NCBI GenBank assembly: GCA_051313645.2
Contig: JBNRSN020000086.1
Location: forward strand, 2,728,001-2,792,000
Length of the DNA: 64,000 nt
From: Centroscyllium fabricii
Taxonomy: Eukaryota
Direction of reading: 5' to 3'
This document shows, in pieces, positions 23,901 through 38,900 of this stretch. The position numbers were made by a program, and so were the translations under genes. Position 1 is the first letter of the stretch; the number at the start of each line of letters is the position of its first letter. Under the pieces are notes generated by a model. It saw nothing but the letters and a program-made list of their open reading frames with translations. It was not told the DNA's origin and searched no databases.

Positions 23901-26900
23901 TAGCTTTGCACCACGAAGATCGAAAAAGGAAACGTGAACAGCCAGAAGAATTTCAAGAGACACAGATTAAAACTGAGGTAGATAATTTAAAAACTGTCCT
24001 TTCAGCTTACTAGAGTTTACTGCGTATTCATTTACAGTAGCATATAAGAAATAATCAGTCTTCCTCTAATGTACAGCGAATAGCAATTATAAAATAATTT
24101 TAGCTCACATTAAATTTTTCATACTCATTTCTCATCAAGGAACATATATCTAGTACTTGTTATTAAATGAAGTGAGGGGAAATTTGTTAAAGTAACAATA
24201 TAGAAATTGATTTTGATCGAACCTAAAAGGATAAAATATTATGTTGGCACTCAAAATGGAGTAAATTTCACTGTAAATTGATAAATATATATTTGAATCT
24301 TAATTTTAGGTACCTTTCCAAGGATATCATTTGAAGTGACTCATTTGTATATAATTTAAGAACATAAATAGGAGCAGGAGTAGGCCATGCAACCCCTTGA
24401 GCCTGTTCCACCATTCCCACCCGATCCCCATTTCCCTTGATTTCCTTGGAGTCCAAAATTCTTATTGATCTCAGCCGACTGAGACTCAATGACTGAGCAC
24501 AGCGCTCTGGTGTAGAGAATTCCAAAGATCACAGTCCTCTGTGAAAAAAATTCTCCTTATCTCGGTCCTCAATGGCTGACCCCTTATCCTGAGACTGTGC
24601 CCCCTAGTTCTAGACATTCCAGCCAAGGGAAACAACCTCTCAGCATAAACCCTGTCAAGCACTCCGAATCTTGGATGTTTCAGTGACATCACCTTTGATT
24701 CTTCTAAACTCCAGGGAAATATAGGCCTAATCTGCTCAATCTCTCCTCATAGGAAAACCCTCTCATCCCAGGAATCAATCTAGTGAACCTTTGTTGCACT
24801 ACCTCCAAGACAAGTATATCCTTCTTTAAGCATGGAGGTCAAAATTGTACGCGGTACTCGAGGTGTGTTCTCACCATAGCCCTGTACAATTGCAGCAAGA
24901 CTTGCTTACTCTTGCACTCCAACCTCCTTGCAATAAAGGCCTGTCATACCATTTACTTTCCTAATTGCTTGCTGTACCTACATGTTAACTTTCTGTGTTT
25001 GGTGTACGAGGACACCCAAATCCCTCAACACCAACGTTTAATAGTTTCTCAGCATTTAACAAATATTCTGTTTTTCTATTCCTGCCAAAGTGAATAACCT
25101 CACTTCCCCACGTTATACTCCACCTGCCACCTTCTTGCCCACTCACTTAACCTGTCTACATCCCTTTACAGACTTTGTGTCCTCCTCACAGCTTACTTTC
25201 CCACCTAGCTTTGCATCGTCCGCAAACTTGGATACATTGTACTCGGTCCCTTCATCCAAGTCATTCTTGTAAATAGTTGAGGCCCCAGCCCTGATCCTTG
25301 CGGCACCCCACTAGTAACAGCCTGCCAACCTGAAAATTATCCGTTTATTCCTATTTCTGTCCTTCAACCAATCCTCTTATCTATGCTAATATATTAGTCC
25401 CAACCCCATGTGCCCTTATCTTGTGTAACAACTTTACATTTGGCACCTTTATTGAATGTCTTTTGAAAATCCAAATATAGTACATCCACTGGTTCCCCTT
25501 CAGCTCCCCTGCTAGTTACATTCTCAAAAAACTAATAGGCTTGAATTTGCGATCGGAGGCTTCGGGCAGATGCCACCGATCATCAAAAAATTTACGCATT
25601 TACCTTGTGGTCCGCGGGATACAGAGGCTTGCGATCCTGAGCCTCTCCTGGTAGAAATGCATAGAGGCCCACGTATCCATGGGGCACATGTGGTTCGCAG
25701 GCGCCCCGGGATCACGCCGGCCAGCTCAACCAATGAAAGAAGGGAATCACCATTCATACTTATGCGAGTTCTGTACGTACGGAATTGTCATAAGTATGAA
25801 TGAAGATGACTTAAAAAAAATAAAAAACATTTTTTAACCATTACATATATAAAATTAATTAAAATGGCATTTAATTAAATATTTTAAACAAAAATGTAAT
25901 TTTGGGGGAAAAAAGTATACGTTTTAACGGGGCTAAAATAAACATAGGGGTTGTTTGCCTTGGAGAAGAGAAGGTGGAGGGGTGACATGATTGAGGTGTA
26001 CAAGATCATGAGGGGACACGATAGGGTAGACAAAGGGGCATTGTTTCCCCTGGTGGGAGAGTCAAGTACTAGGGGACATAGATTCAAGATCAGGGGGGGG
26101 AGGTTTAGGGGGGAGGTAAGGAGAAATTTCTTTACCCAGAGGGTGGTGGAAGTCTGGAACTCCCTGCCTGTGAGGGTGGTGGAGGCAGGAACCATCACAA
26201 CATTTAAAAAATACTTGGACCAGCACATGAAGGACCATAACATACAGGGTTATGGGCCAGGTGCGGGCAATTGGGGTTAGTACAGTGAGGAGTTTTTCTG
26301 GGCCGGTGCGGACTGGATGGGCCGAATGGCCCTTATCCGCACTGTAAAATTTCTATGATTCTATGATATCTTATTGGACAGGGTTTTTAATGTATAAGTG
26401 AGTGATAGCATTTTATTTTTCTATTTTTTTTAAACTCTTATGCTGGTAAAAGCAGGCCTTACGCCTACTTTTACCAGGCATAAGAATTCCATGGCTTTCA
26501 GCGGGCGGAAGTTGGGCAAATAGCGCAACTCTCCACCTGCAGAGGCCCTTTTCCTGGAGATTCTTGACCGATCCCAAGTGCCGGGTTTCAGTGCATGCGC
26601 TTCGCATGCCTAAACCCGGCACTTGCGCAGCCCCTGCGCACCTCGTACGCACCCGTATGGGTCGCAAAATACGGCCCAATAGAATTGTCGAACACGATTT
26701 CCCTTTCATGTTGACTCTGGCTAATCATATTATGATTTTCTAAGTGCCCTGTTACCACTGCCTTAATAATGGATTTCCAGCATTTTCCTGATGACTGATG
26801 TCCGGCTAATTAGCCCGTAGTTCAGTTTTCTCTCCCTCCTTTGTTGAATAGCGGTGTTACATTTGCTACCTGCCAATCCACTTGGAACATTCCAGAATCT

Positions 26901-29900
26901 AGGGAATTTTGGAAGATCACAACCAATGTATCCACTATCTCTGCAGCTACCTCTTTTAGAACCCTGGAATGTAGGCCATCAGTTCCAGGGGATTTGTTGG
27001 CTTTTAGTCCCATTAATTTCTCGGGTACTTTATCTTTACTAATATTAATTACTTTAATTTCCTCACTCCCATTAGACCCTTGGTTCCCCACTGTTTTTGG
27101 TATATTCTTTGTGTCCTCAACTATGAAGACACATACAAAATATTTGTTTAATGTCTCTGCCATTTCCTTATTCCCCATTATAATTTTTCTTCTCTCTGTC
27201 TCTAAGGGACCCACATTTACTTTTGCTAATCTCTTCCTTTTTACATGCTTGTAAAAATCTTACAATCTGTTTTTATATTTCTCGCAAAGCAGCAATAACT
27301 TGTATTTTTATAGCGCCTTTAACCTAGTAAAAGGTGCTTCACAAGGAGTATTACAGGTTGAACACCGTTATACCGGCCCGGGCGGGACTAGGCCCAGACC
27401 GGTAAAGCGAAAAAACCGGAAGAACGAAGTCGGCCAGTGCATGCGCGCACCATTCAAAATGGCCACACGCATCTGCATAACATTGGAAATGGCCGCCGCA
27501 AAGTTTTGAATGATCTGCACATGTGCCGCCAAACGGCGAGCGCATGCACAGATCATTTGCCAAAGCATAGATCGCGGTGGCCATTTTGCACATGCGCAGG
27601 GCAGTCGGGGTGATTTGTGCCGGATGACTGAAGTTGATCGCTTTTTGGTTACCGGATAAACGGTGTTCAACCTGTATGACAAAATAAATTTGACACCGAG
27701 CAATATAAGGAGAAATTAGGACAAATGACCGAAAGCTTGGTCAAACAGGTAGGTTTTAAGGAGCGTCTTAAAGGAGGAAAGAGAGATAGAGAAGTTTAGG
27801 ATGGGGATTCCAGAGCTTAAGGCCTTGGCAGCTGAATACACGGCCACCAATGGCTGTGTGATTAAAATCAGGAGTGCTCAAAAGGCCATAATTTGAGGAG
27901 CACAGATATTTGTGGGTTGTGCGGCTGGAGGGGCGAGGCCATGGCAGGATTTGAAAACAAGGATGAGAATTTTTAAGTCACGGCGTTGCTTAACCGGGAG
28001 CCAATGTAGGTCAGCGAGCACAGGAGTGATGGGTGAACGGGACTTGTTATGAGTTAGGACACGGGCAGCAGAGTTTTGGATGACCTCCAGTTTACAGAGG
28101 GTAGAACGTGGGAGGCCAGCCAGGAGTGCATTGGAATAATCCAGTCAAGAGGTAACAAAGGATGCGGGTTTTACATAAGAACATAAGAAATAGGAGCAGG
28201 AGTAGGCCAATCGGCCCCTCGAGCCTGCTCCGCCATTCAACAAGATCATGGCTGATCTGATCTTAACCTCAAATCTACTTTCACTCTCCATCCCGCCTGA
28301 ACCCATGCGATCTCCCAGGAGACGCGAAAAAACAGACAAAAACCCAGTGGCCAATTTGGGAGAAAAAAAATCTGGGAAATTCCTCTCCAACCCATCTGGG
28401 TGATCGAAATTTGTCCAGGAGATCACATGGTCGATCTGAACCAAGCCTCACGTCCACTTACTTGCCCGCTCACCGTAACCCCTAATTCCCTTTGCTTCCA
28501 AGAAACTGTCTATCTCAGTTTTAAACGTATTCAAAGTAGCAGCTTCCACAGCTCTCTGGGGCAGCAAATTCCACAGACCCACCACCCTCTGAGTGAAGAA
28601 GTTTCTTCTCATCTCAGTTTTGAAATGACAGTCCCTTATTCTCAGATTATGCCCCTAGTTCTAGTCTCACCCATCAGTGGAAACACCCTCACTGCATCCA
28701 CTTTTGGTAGCTAATGAGCTGAGGCAGGGCAGGGGCGTAGTCAGGTGATGTTACAGAGGTGGAAATAGGTGCAGATATGTGATCGGAAGCTCATTACAGG
28801 GTCAAGTATGACACCAAGGTTGTGAACAATCTGTTTCAGACAGATGCTAACGAGAGGGATGGAGTTGGTGGCTAGGGAATGGTGTTTGTGCTGGGGACCA
28901 AAGACTGGCTTACAGGAATTCAACCAGAGTAAATGGTCAGAGTGATGCATCAATATTTTTCTGTACTATTGTGCTCGGTTGTCTAAAATAAATCGTTTTT
29001 CAGTTCAGTGCTTATCCTTGTTTATTATACTGTAGAAGATGGGCAGGTATTTCTGTTCCATACAGTGATCATAAAAATTGGACTGATTATTTTGAAGCAA
29101 CACTTTGTTTCTTATAATTTAACCACTAAAATTCTACCTAAAGTTTATTTTTCAGAACAAAGAAAATGCTGTTGCTTCCTCGACTTCTAAAGATTCCAAG
29201 AATGCACAGTCCACTGATCTGCCACCAAAACCTGTTGGGAGACTTTCAGAGTCCATTCAATCAAATGATGAGTGCAGAAATGAATTAAAAATGGATCATG
29301 AGCCTTGTCGAAAGCAGCTAAGAAGCAATTCCTCATCTCAAGCTTCAGTTATGGAAGCATTGGAAGTGACTGCTGTTAATAATCTTAATGACTTTGGGAT
29401 AGAAGAAAATATGAGTAATAAGGAGTCATCCAAGCAGAAAGATGAAATAAAGCATGTAATAGAAAGTGATGGGGAAGTGATGGTGTCTGAGAGTGGCCCA
29501 AGGACACAGGATATTCATATAGATGCTGATCAGAAGCTGGGAAACCCTTCAGAGGAGGAAGCCATGACCAATTGCCATCATGTTATTTTGTCAAAGAGTG
29601 ACAGCAAAGCACTGGTTTCTGCAACAAATTCTGTAGATTCATCTACAATAGAGTACAGCCAAGATGCCAAATCTAGAGAGCACTCAAAAGTAAAGGAAGA
29701 AAAAAATGAGAAAGGGAAAGAAAAGAGACATGATGCTGAAAGCTCTGGGCCAAAGTCCAGGGAGAATATACAGGACGATGCAAAAAGCCACGAGAAAAAC
29801 AAAGAAAAGAGAAATGAATCTGAAAGCACGCGACCAAAATTCAAGGAAAACACACAAGATGCTAAACCCAGTGAAAAAGGGAAAGAGAAACGAAATGATT

Positions 29901-32900
29901 CTCAAAATCCTCGTTCCAAATTCAAGGCAAATTCACATGAAGATGCTAAAAGCCATGAGAAAAGCAAGGAAAAGAGAAATGAATCTGAACATAGTCGATC
30001 AAAATCGAAGGAAAATGTACAAGATGATAAAGGCCATGAGAGAGGCAAAGAAAAGAGAAATGAATTTGAACATAGTCGATCAAAATCGAAGGAAAATGTA
30101 CAAGATGATAAAGGCCATGAGAGAGGCAAAGAAAAGAGAAATGAATTTGAACATAGTCGATCAAAATCGAAGGAAAATGTACAAGATGATAAAGGCCATG
30201 AGAGAGGCAAAGAAAAGAGAAATGAATTTGAACATAGTCGATCAAAATCGAAGGAAAATGTACAAGATGATAAAGGCCATGAGAGAGGCAAAGAAAAGAG
30301 AAATGAGTCTGAACATAGTCGATCAAAATCTAAGGAAAATGCACAAGATGATAAAAGCCATGAAAAAGGCAAAGAAAAGAGAAATGAATTTGAACATAGT
30401 CGATCAAAATCTAAGGAAAATGCACAAGATGATAAAGGCCATGAGAGAGGCAAAGAAAAGAGAAATGAGTCTGAACGCTCTCGGTCAAAATCTAAGGAAA
30501 ATGCACAAGATGATAAAGGCCATGAAAAAGGCAAAGAAAAAAAAAATGAGCCTGAACGCTCTCGTTCAAGATCCAAGGAAAGCTTGCAGGGTGATGTGAA
30601 AGGCCATGAGAAAGGCAAAGAAAGGAGAGGTGATTCTGGAAGTTCTCGGTCAAAATCCAGAGAGAAAATGCAGGAAGATACAAGAGGTCATGAGAGAGTC
30701 AAAGAGATTCGAAATGAATCTGAAAGCTCTCAGTCAAAATCAAGGGAAAACTTGCAGGAAGATGTCAGAAGTAAAGAAAAAAGAAAGAATTTTGAAAATT
30801 CGCAGTCAAGGTCCAAGGAAGACTTGCTGGAAGATAAAGGCAACGAGAAGAGAATAGAAAAGAGACATGATTCAGAAAGCTCTCGGTCAAAATCTAAGGA
30901 AAGTGTTGAAAGCTCTCGTTCAAAGTCCAAGCAAGATATTGAATATAATCAGAAAGGAATAGAAAAAAGGCATGATTCTGAAAATACTCGAAAATCCAAG
31001 GAACATTCAGAAACCTCTCGATCAAAATCTAGGGAAAAAGTGCAGGAAGTTCAAGACAATGAAAAGGGAACGGAAAAGAAGCATGTTTCTGAAAGAACTG
31101 GGTCAAAACCCAAGGATCATTCAGAAAGCTCTCAATCAAGATTCAAGGAAAAAGTGCAGGATGATGTTCAAGGCAAGGAGAAAGGAATTGAAAAGAGACA
31201 TGATTCTAAAAACATGCATTTTGAAAATTCACGGTCAAGGTCCAAGGACGACTTGCAGGAAGATAAAGTTAATGAGAAAAAAATAGAGAAAAGGCATGAT
31301 TTTGAAAATACACGGTCAAAATCCCGGGAACACTCTGAACATTCACGGTCAAAGTCTAAGGAACATTCTGAAAGCTCCCGCTCAAAATATAAAGAAAAAG
31401 TGCAGGAAGATATTCAAAACAGTGAAAAAGGAATAGATAGGAAACATAATTCTGAAAACACTCATTCAAAATCCAGAGAACACTCTGAAAGATTGCGATC
31501 AAAATCGAAGGAAAAGGGGCAGGAAAGCATTCAAGACAGTGAAAAAGGAAAGGAAAAGAAAAATGATTTCCAAAGTATTCAGTCAAAACCCAAAGAATAC
31601 TCTGAAAATGTTCATGCAAAATCCAAAGAAAAACCACAAGGTAGTGAGAAAGGAATAGAAAAGAAGGGTAATTTTGTAAACATTCGATCAAGATCCAGGG
31701 AAAAAATAAAAGATATTCAAGGCAATGAAAAACTAAAAGAAAAAGAGAGCGAGTCACAAAATTCTCTGTCCAAACCCATAGCAATAGATCATGAAGATGT
31801 TCAAAGCAGTGAGAGGCAGAGTAAGTTGGAAAACTCTGTGTCAAAGTCTGAGGAAAATGTTGAAACTGCTAAAGGCAATGGACCAGAAGAGAGAAATGAA
31901 CCTGAAAATGGTCAGTCAGAGTCTAAAGCTCAGCTACAGGAAGATATTAAAAATAATGAGACAGAAAAAGAAAAGAAAAATGGTTCTGAAAATTCTGAAT
32001 CAAAATTAAATGAACGGCATATGAAAGACATTGATGAAACAAATGATACTGAGAAAAAATCTGAAAACTCACCATCAAAGTCAAAGGAAGAAGTACAAGA
32101 TGATGCTAAAAAGGGAACTGATGTGGAAAACTCCCAGTTAAAATCAAAAGAGAGCACGCCAGATACAAAAGAAATTGCCCATATTAGCACAGGAGACTTA
32201 AAGATGGAAACCGAAAAGTCAATGAAAACTGAAGATAAGTTAGAGGAGAGAAAGGAAACCTTTGAAAGTGAAGGGAGTGAAGCCAGGCATATGAAGGGTG
32301 TGCCTATAGGTGAAAAAGAATTTGATGGTGTACAGAACGAAACTGGTGATTGTAGAGCAACTCTGTTAGAAAAAGAAAAAACGGAGGAACCAGCTCATGA
32401 CCAAGTAGCAAGGCCAAATGAGTTAAATATTCCTCTAACTATGGAACAACGTGGATCTTTACTTTCTTCTTATGAGGCCATTTCTCCTGATACTCCAACC
32501 TTGGATGATGCAGGTCTTCTACATCCAATTGCAGGCTTGGCGCAGTTTGTTCATTATGATCCATCTTCACCAGCTACTCCAACACTTGATGAAAATTTTA
32601 GCTATGAGGCATCCTCTGTTGCCCAAGACGTAGTTGAACCTTCTGTGGAAGGTTCTGGAAAGCAAGAGGCTCATCGTTCAGAAAACATTAAAGAGGATTT
32701 GCACGATGAACTGCAAGTTGAAGGACTAGATACCAAATGTGACCCATCAAAGGTGGAGACACAAGGTAAGAGGATAATGCAGTGTTCTTGGAATATTAGG
32801 ATATGTATTCACCCAATGGTGGGAAATTGCAGTGGAGTATAGCTTTAGCGTTTTTGTGTGTTGTAACCTTTTCAGAGCCACTTGATTTGCCTCCAGTGTT

Positions 32901-35900
32901 ATTTAGGACAAGCCTTCAACCAGTTCTGTTTGCTTTCTCACCAGCAGCAGTGTATTGCTGTGGCTGTCCAACTAGGAACATTTGTTCTTTCCCTATTCGA
33001 TGTCATGTCAAGCTCACTGGCTGCCATTAAAAAGAACTAAAAACCTGATGGTGGGGGAAGCATCCCCATGATCTGCACAGTATAGATTACAAAACAGTGG
33101 ATAGCTGAAAGTGATTTAAAGACTATAATTTTATAATGCAGTTCAGATATGTGCTATAAACTGCTTGAGCTTCACCCTTAGTTTAGGATATCTGTCCTTG
33201 AAGTTACTGACTGATCTAGCCGTAATTTCAAATGTATACATATAACTATTTTGTTTTGACAAAACAACTTCATTTACCTGAATGTTAATTACACGTGTAT
33301 TAATAGACATGGATAAGAGTGCACAAATGCAGAACATTTTCTTTGCAGTGTTCCTATAGGTAGTTGCTTGCTTTGAATAAATTTATGCTAATAAGAATGA
33401 CAGAACTGATAAAACAATCTTGCAGAGTTTTTCTTACTAAATTTCTTTACCCATTCATGTAGAGTTGCCAGTTCAGCAGGATGTTGTATCAGAAATAAAC
33501 ACGAGTGCCAGTTGTGAGTGGAAAAATGATGTGGTAAGTACCTTTATAGAAAGGGTACATATCAGTGGAAAAACACCAAATGGTTCAGCTATCGGGGGTG
33601 ACTTGAATGTGCTTCCTCTTCCATGTTCTTTCCTCTGCCTTTGACAAAGTAGCTGGCATGTAATTTGCTTATGTAACAGAGTCATAGATATTCAGTAACA
33701 GGAGGCCATTTAACACATTGTACCGGTGCTAACTGGAGCTACATACTATAATTGCATATTCGTATCCTTCCCCCACACCCTTTTATACTTTTCTTTTTCA
33801 AATACTTAGCCAATTCGCACTTAAATGATGTGCAGTCTGTGCCAGTAGCCAGTTGTGGTAAAGCATTCCATTCTGGTTTTTTAATCGTCTAACTCTTATC
33901 TATTTGCCAGCCAGTGAAAGCAATCTTTCACTACCCTTTCAAAACCTTTCATAATTTTCAAAACATATTAATCACCCCCTTCTCTGTTCCAGTGGGAGGA
34001 AGAAACAATTTTAGGCCTTTATAACCACAGTCTACTCTTAATTCGGAGTTGCTTAATTCAAATTGAGAAAAAAAAATCTAATGAAAATTTGTTACTTCCT
34101 TTGAACCTCTTACTTCAAATTATTGGTTAATTCGAATTAGTACCCCCCAAATCCCCAAATGGCTCCTAAAAAGTAACATTTACAGCTTAATTTGAATTCA
34201 ACCTGGTTCAAGCAGGCCAGAGCAACTAACATCCCTGGGCCACCCAACCTCACCTTGCAGGAAAAGGTGAATGAATTCACTGAAGAATTTGACACTTGGG
34301 CCAGCAAGCAACATTTCCACAGAAAGCATCAGCAACTGGGTAAGTAATAAAATTCCTGAATTGCTATCTCATAAACCCAAAGGCATCTTTAATGGTGATG
34401 AAACTGGCCTTGTACAGAAGCTGCATCCAAATGGAATGCCAACTTTCATCGACCAAAAATGTTCAGATGAGAGAAAAGCTGAGCAGCAAATTACTGGCAG
34501 GGTTTGGGGGGAGGGGGGAAGAAAGCTGCTGCTGACTTGAGAGCTCAGTCCACCCCCCATTATTTTTATGGTGTTGAAACCTACAGAAACAACAACAAGG
34601 CGTGTATGAATGGTGCTTCTTTTTGAGGAGCAGCTCTGACACTTTGTCCAGAGCATAGTATCTCAAGGCAGAAAAGTCATGTTGATGGTTAACAACTGTG
34701 AGGCTTACATGCAGTGCCTGCGTCTAAAAGCAGAAAGCAAAAGCAACAGCTTTCTCTGTAAATTCAACACACCAGCTGCATCTGACCGTCATGGATTCCA
34801 CATGGGAACAGACAGCCGATGCTGAAGCAGAAAACCTCTGAGCACGAGTTCTCTGTTGCAACTGTTAGAAGACAGGAAGTTTGAATCCATTTTGAGTGTT
34901 GTTGAGGGATTGTTGACCAACAATAATTGATGCTGTGTGGGAAGGGGGAATGTTGCTGTTCATGAGATTGAGGAAGAGGCTCAAGCAAGTAGATCCGACG
35001 AGCAGGCAATGATAAGAGAACCAGCCTTCGTCATAGGTACGGCTCTCATTTTTTTTTGTTCTCGGGGTGTGGGTTATGCTGGCAACACTGCTTGTCTCTA
35101 GTTTGTACAACTGAGTGACTGCTCAGGTATAAAGAGTCAATCATAAAGAGTGGACCAGGGTCACGTGTAGGTCACACTGTGCTCTCTCTCATCTCCTTTA
35201 TAGGTTTCCTCAAAATCTGCCTTATTGATCTTGCCTGGAACCCCTACCCTCTAATCCTTCACAATTCACTTCTCTCTTCTGGTTATTTTCATCCCTGAAA
35301 CACTTTTATTTGCATTAAAGTATAAGTTGTTGTAGCATTGCTTTGACTAGTAATCCTAGCGTATTTCTGATGTAAACTGCCAACAAAGATGAGCTTAATC
35401 CCAGATAGTTAGGCAATAAGCCGTTTCTCTGCTGCCCTCTGTTACCACTTGCATATGCCAGCACTGCGTGAGTCTGCACATCTCTCCTGTTTCACCCCTC
35501 ATTATCGGAACAGTGTCTTGGCTCCTTTCTAGGCAAAGATTGCCTTTGTCCCACCTCGTCTCCATGCATACCACCCCTCTCCACGCAATGAACTTCAGAT
35601 CTGGATCACTACCAAGCAGTGGAAATTGCTCTTGTTTTCGTAGGTGCTTACCTTAATTGTTTTGCCATTAATTATCATTAATGAAAATAATTGCTTTTAT
35701 TAGGGGTCAGCTTTTTATGTTTAAAATGTTTCATGGCATTTGTATTTGTTGTTGGATTACCTGGACCGATCTGGTCATCACAAGTAGGACGGCCTCTCTT
35801 GCTGAGCCTCGTTCATTTTACTGTATAGATTTTTGCTTTATACGGTTATTCCCAGTAATCTGTATGATCTGGAGGAACTTGAAAACTGGTTTTCTGTTTA

Positions 35901-38900
35901 AGTTTGCAGCTTTTGGTCTCACTATGTTGCACAATTACAAGACTGAACAAAATCAGTCTTAGACAAGCAATGTCGAAGGTTAGGTATTCTGTTATTTAAA
36001 GTACGATGTAATGTGTTTTTTGCTTCAGTAAGATTCATGTAATACTGGGTCTGAAAGTGTATATCTTTTTGTAAATGCTTATAGCATGATTACACATGAA
36101 CCTTTGATTTCTGCCAGCCATTGTTTTCATTCATTACGCTGCGCATGCCAAATACTTGTGCCTACCTTTTTCCAATTTTCACCCTTCTCAAGGCCCTAAC
36201 CCATGCTGAGATATAATGTAATGGTCACTAGCAGCTATCCCTTACATCACCAATGTGGCCATTCCTCATGGCAACCTAGACAGTGAGTGTTGCCAGGCTA
36301 TTCAACAGCTGATCTCAATCCTCTGTTCAACCAACATCCACACATATGCACTACTAATATGATCACTGTGTAAACTCACTAGAATTGTTCCTTGGAATAA
36401 AGAATACTTGAATTTACATGATGCCTTTTGCATCTAAAACTAGCAGTGTTTTGCACAATTAATTAATTCTGAGGTTGTATGACAGTTATATAGGCAAAAT
36501 AGCACGTTATAACAATAGCACTTTCTAATGAATTTCATTAATTCCCTACATATGTCTTGTGCAGGTGAAACGTTTGTGAGGACTCCGGAAGGATGATTTT
36601 TGCAACTCATTGTTCTGCACGGATGTATATCTTGCTTTTTAAAGGAATTAAATATAATGTATTAACACAGATTTTCCTCCCAATGTAGGAGGAGCAATCT
36701 GTCAAAGGTGCCGAAGAGCAGAGTTCCTCTCAAAAAGAAAGAAAACCCAAGCGTCCATATACTCCAGTAGAAAATCCCTCTAAGCGGAGGCATCTTCATT
36801 CAGGTATATACAAAGTAATCTCCACTTTTCATTTTTTTTCTTTAAGGCAGTGGGGGGGAAAAGCAAGGGGCTATTTTTTGATTACAAATGTCTTGTAAGA
36901 AGTTAAGCCTTTAGCTACCAATATTAAAATATTTTCTTGTTGCATTTTTTATACCTTAAGAGGAGAAATCTGCGGTAGAGAACAAAGATATGCCCAAACC
37001 TGTTGAAAAAGCTGTGCTAGTTCAAGCACAAGATGAAGAAAGACCAACACAGTCTCGAGGCAAAATTACTTCAAAGCTTGAAGAAAAAGCAAGGTAGTTT
37101 TCTGCTCTATAGCTATCATAATTTAAAGACTGTTACCTTTCAGTTACCCATAATACATTTTGAAAGGGAAAATCCAATTAATGTATCTCTTCTACTGACT
37201 TAATCCATTTCTATTGTATTAAAATTTTATTTAGTAAACTCTTAACACTATTCTGCAGTTAATAATTGTACAATTGCAATTACGTTTTTTCCCCCCAAAA
37301 TATAGCTTCTGTGAAGTGAATGCCCTGAAGAAGGCTGGTATATATTATTACATCATAGCCTGCCAATTGGAAGTGCTTTAATGACTTGAGCGGCACCTAT
37401 TGTGTTTCCCTTGGATTTTACAATAGAAGGAATGAACTTGCAGCTGCATGTCCCTTAGCATCGAGGCAGCATTTGACTGAGTATGGCATAAAGGAGCCCT
37501 AGTAAAAGTGAAGTCAATGGGAACCAGGAAAAACTCTACACTGTCTGGAGTCATACCTACCACAAAGGAAGATGGTTGTTGTTGTTGGAGGTCAATCATC
37601 TCAGCCCCAGGACATCGCTGCAGGAGTTCCTCAGGACAATGTCCTAGGCCCAACCATCCTCAGTTGCTTCATCACTGACTATCCCTCCATCATAAGGTCA
37701 GAAGTGAGGATGTTTGCTGATGATTGCAGTGTTCAGTTCCATTCACAACTCCTCATAATGAAGCAGTCCATGCCCGCATGCAGCAAGACCGGGATGATAT
37801 TCAGGCTTGGATTGATAAGTGGCAAGTAACTTTCGCGCCACAAAAGTGCCAGGCACTGACTATCTCCAACAAGCAAGAGTCTAACCATCGCTCCATGACA
37901 TTCAATGGCATTACCATTGCCGAATCCCTCACCATCAACATCCTGGGGGGGTCACCATTGACCAGAAGCTTAACTGGACCAGCCACATAAATACTGCGAC
38001 TACAAGAGCAGATCAGAGGCTGGATATTCTTCGGTGAGTGTCTCACCTCCTGACTCTCCAAAGCTTTTCCACCATCTACAAGGCCCAAGTAAGGAGTGTG
38101 ATGGAATACTCTCTACTTGCCTGGATGAGTGCAGCTTCAACAACACTCAAGAAACTTGACACCATCCATGACAAAGCAGCCTGCTTGATTGGCACTCCAT
38201 CCACCACCTTAAACATTCACTCCCTGCACCGTAGCTGCAGTCTGTACCATCTACAAGATGCACTGCAGCAACTCACCAAAGCTGCTTCGACAGCACCTCC
38301 TAAACCCGCGACCTCTTCCCATGCACCTGCTGCCCTGTCCTTCTTGGAACAGCATCACCTGCAAGTTCCCCTCCAAGTTACACAGCCTCCTGACTTGGAA
38401 ATATGTCACCATTCCTTCGTCACTGGGTCAAAACACTGGAACTCCCTCCCTAACAGCACTGTGGGAGTACCTTCAGCATACAGACTGCGGCGGTTCAAGA
38501 AGGCGGCTCACCACCACCTACTTGAGGGCAATTAGGGATGGGCAATAAATGCTGGCCTTGCCAGCGACGCCCATATCCCAGGAGCGAATTTAAAAAAATG
38601 TTCCTGGGGCATCCAAAAACACTTAATATCTAATGTTATGTAAGCAAGTGTGGTAGCAAATTTTAACACAGCAGGTCCTACAAATTATAAATAAAATTAA
38701 TTGACCAGTTGATCTGTTTTTGCTGGTTTTGATTGATCAGGGCACCAGGCAAGCTCTGCTTCTCTTCCAGTAGTGCCTATTACATGCAGCTGAAAAGGCA
38801 GGCATTGTCTTGGTTTAATGTTGTTCTGAAATATGGCATCTCCAACATTGCAACACACCCACAGCTTTGTACAAAATCCTGCAGTGAGGTTTGTGCCTAG

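Larger units (their letters stand above)
24357..27283 (-). mobile_element. CR1 LINE interrupted by a nested DNA element
   Basis: [35 protein letters not shown] peptides; 3' tail at 24357. Confidence 0.88.

Noticed and set aside
29578-32190. Antisense and alternate-frame ORFs overlapping the giant exon
   Set aside because: By-products of the purine-rich coding repeat.
32766-32842. C-terminus of the 1183-aa ORF as a stand-alone single-exon gene
   Set aside because: A strong donor (AAG|gtaag) at 32765 and in-phase downstream exons show this is intron read-through.
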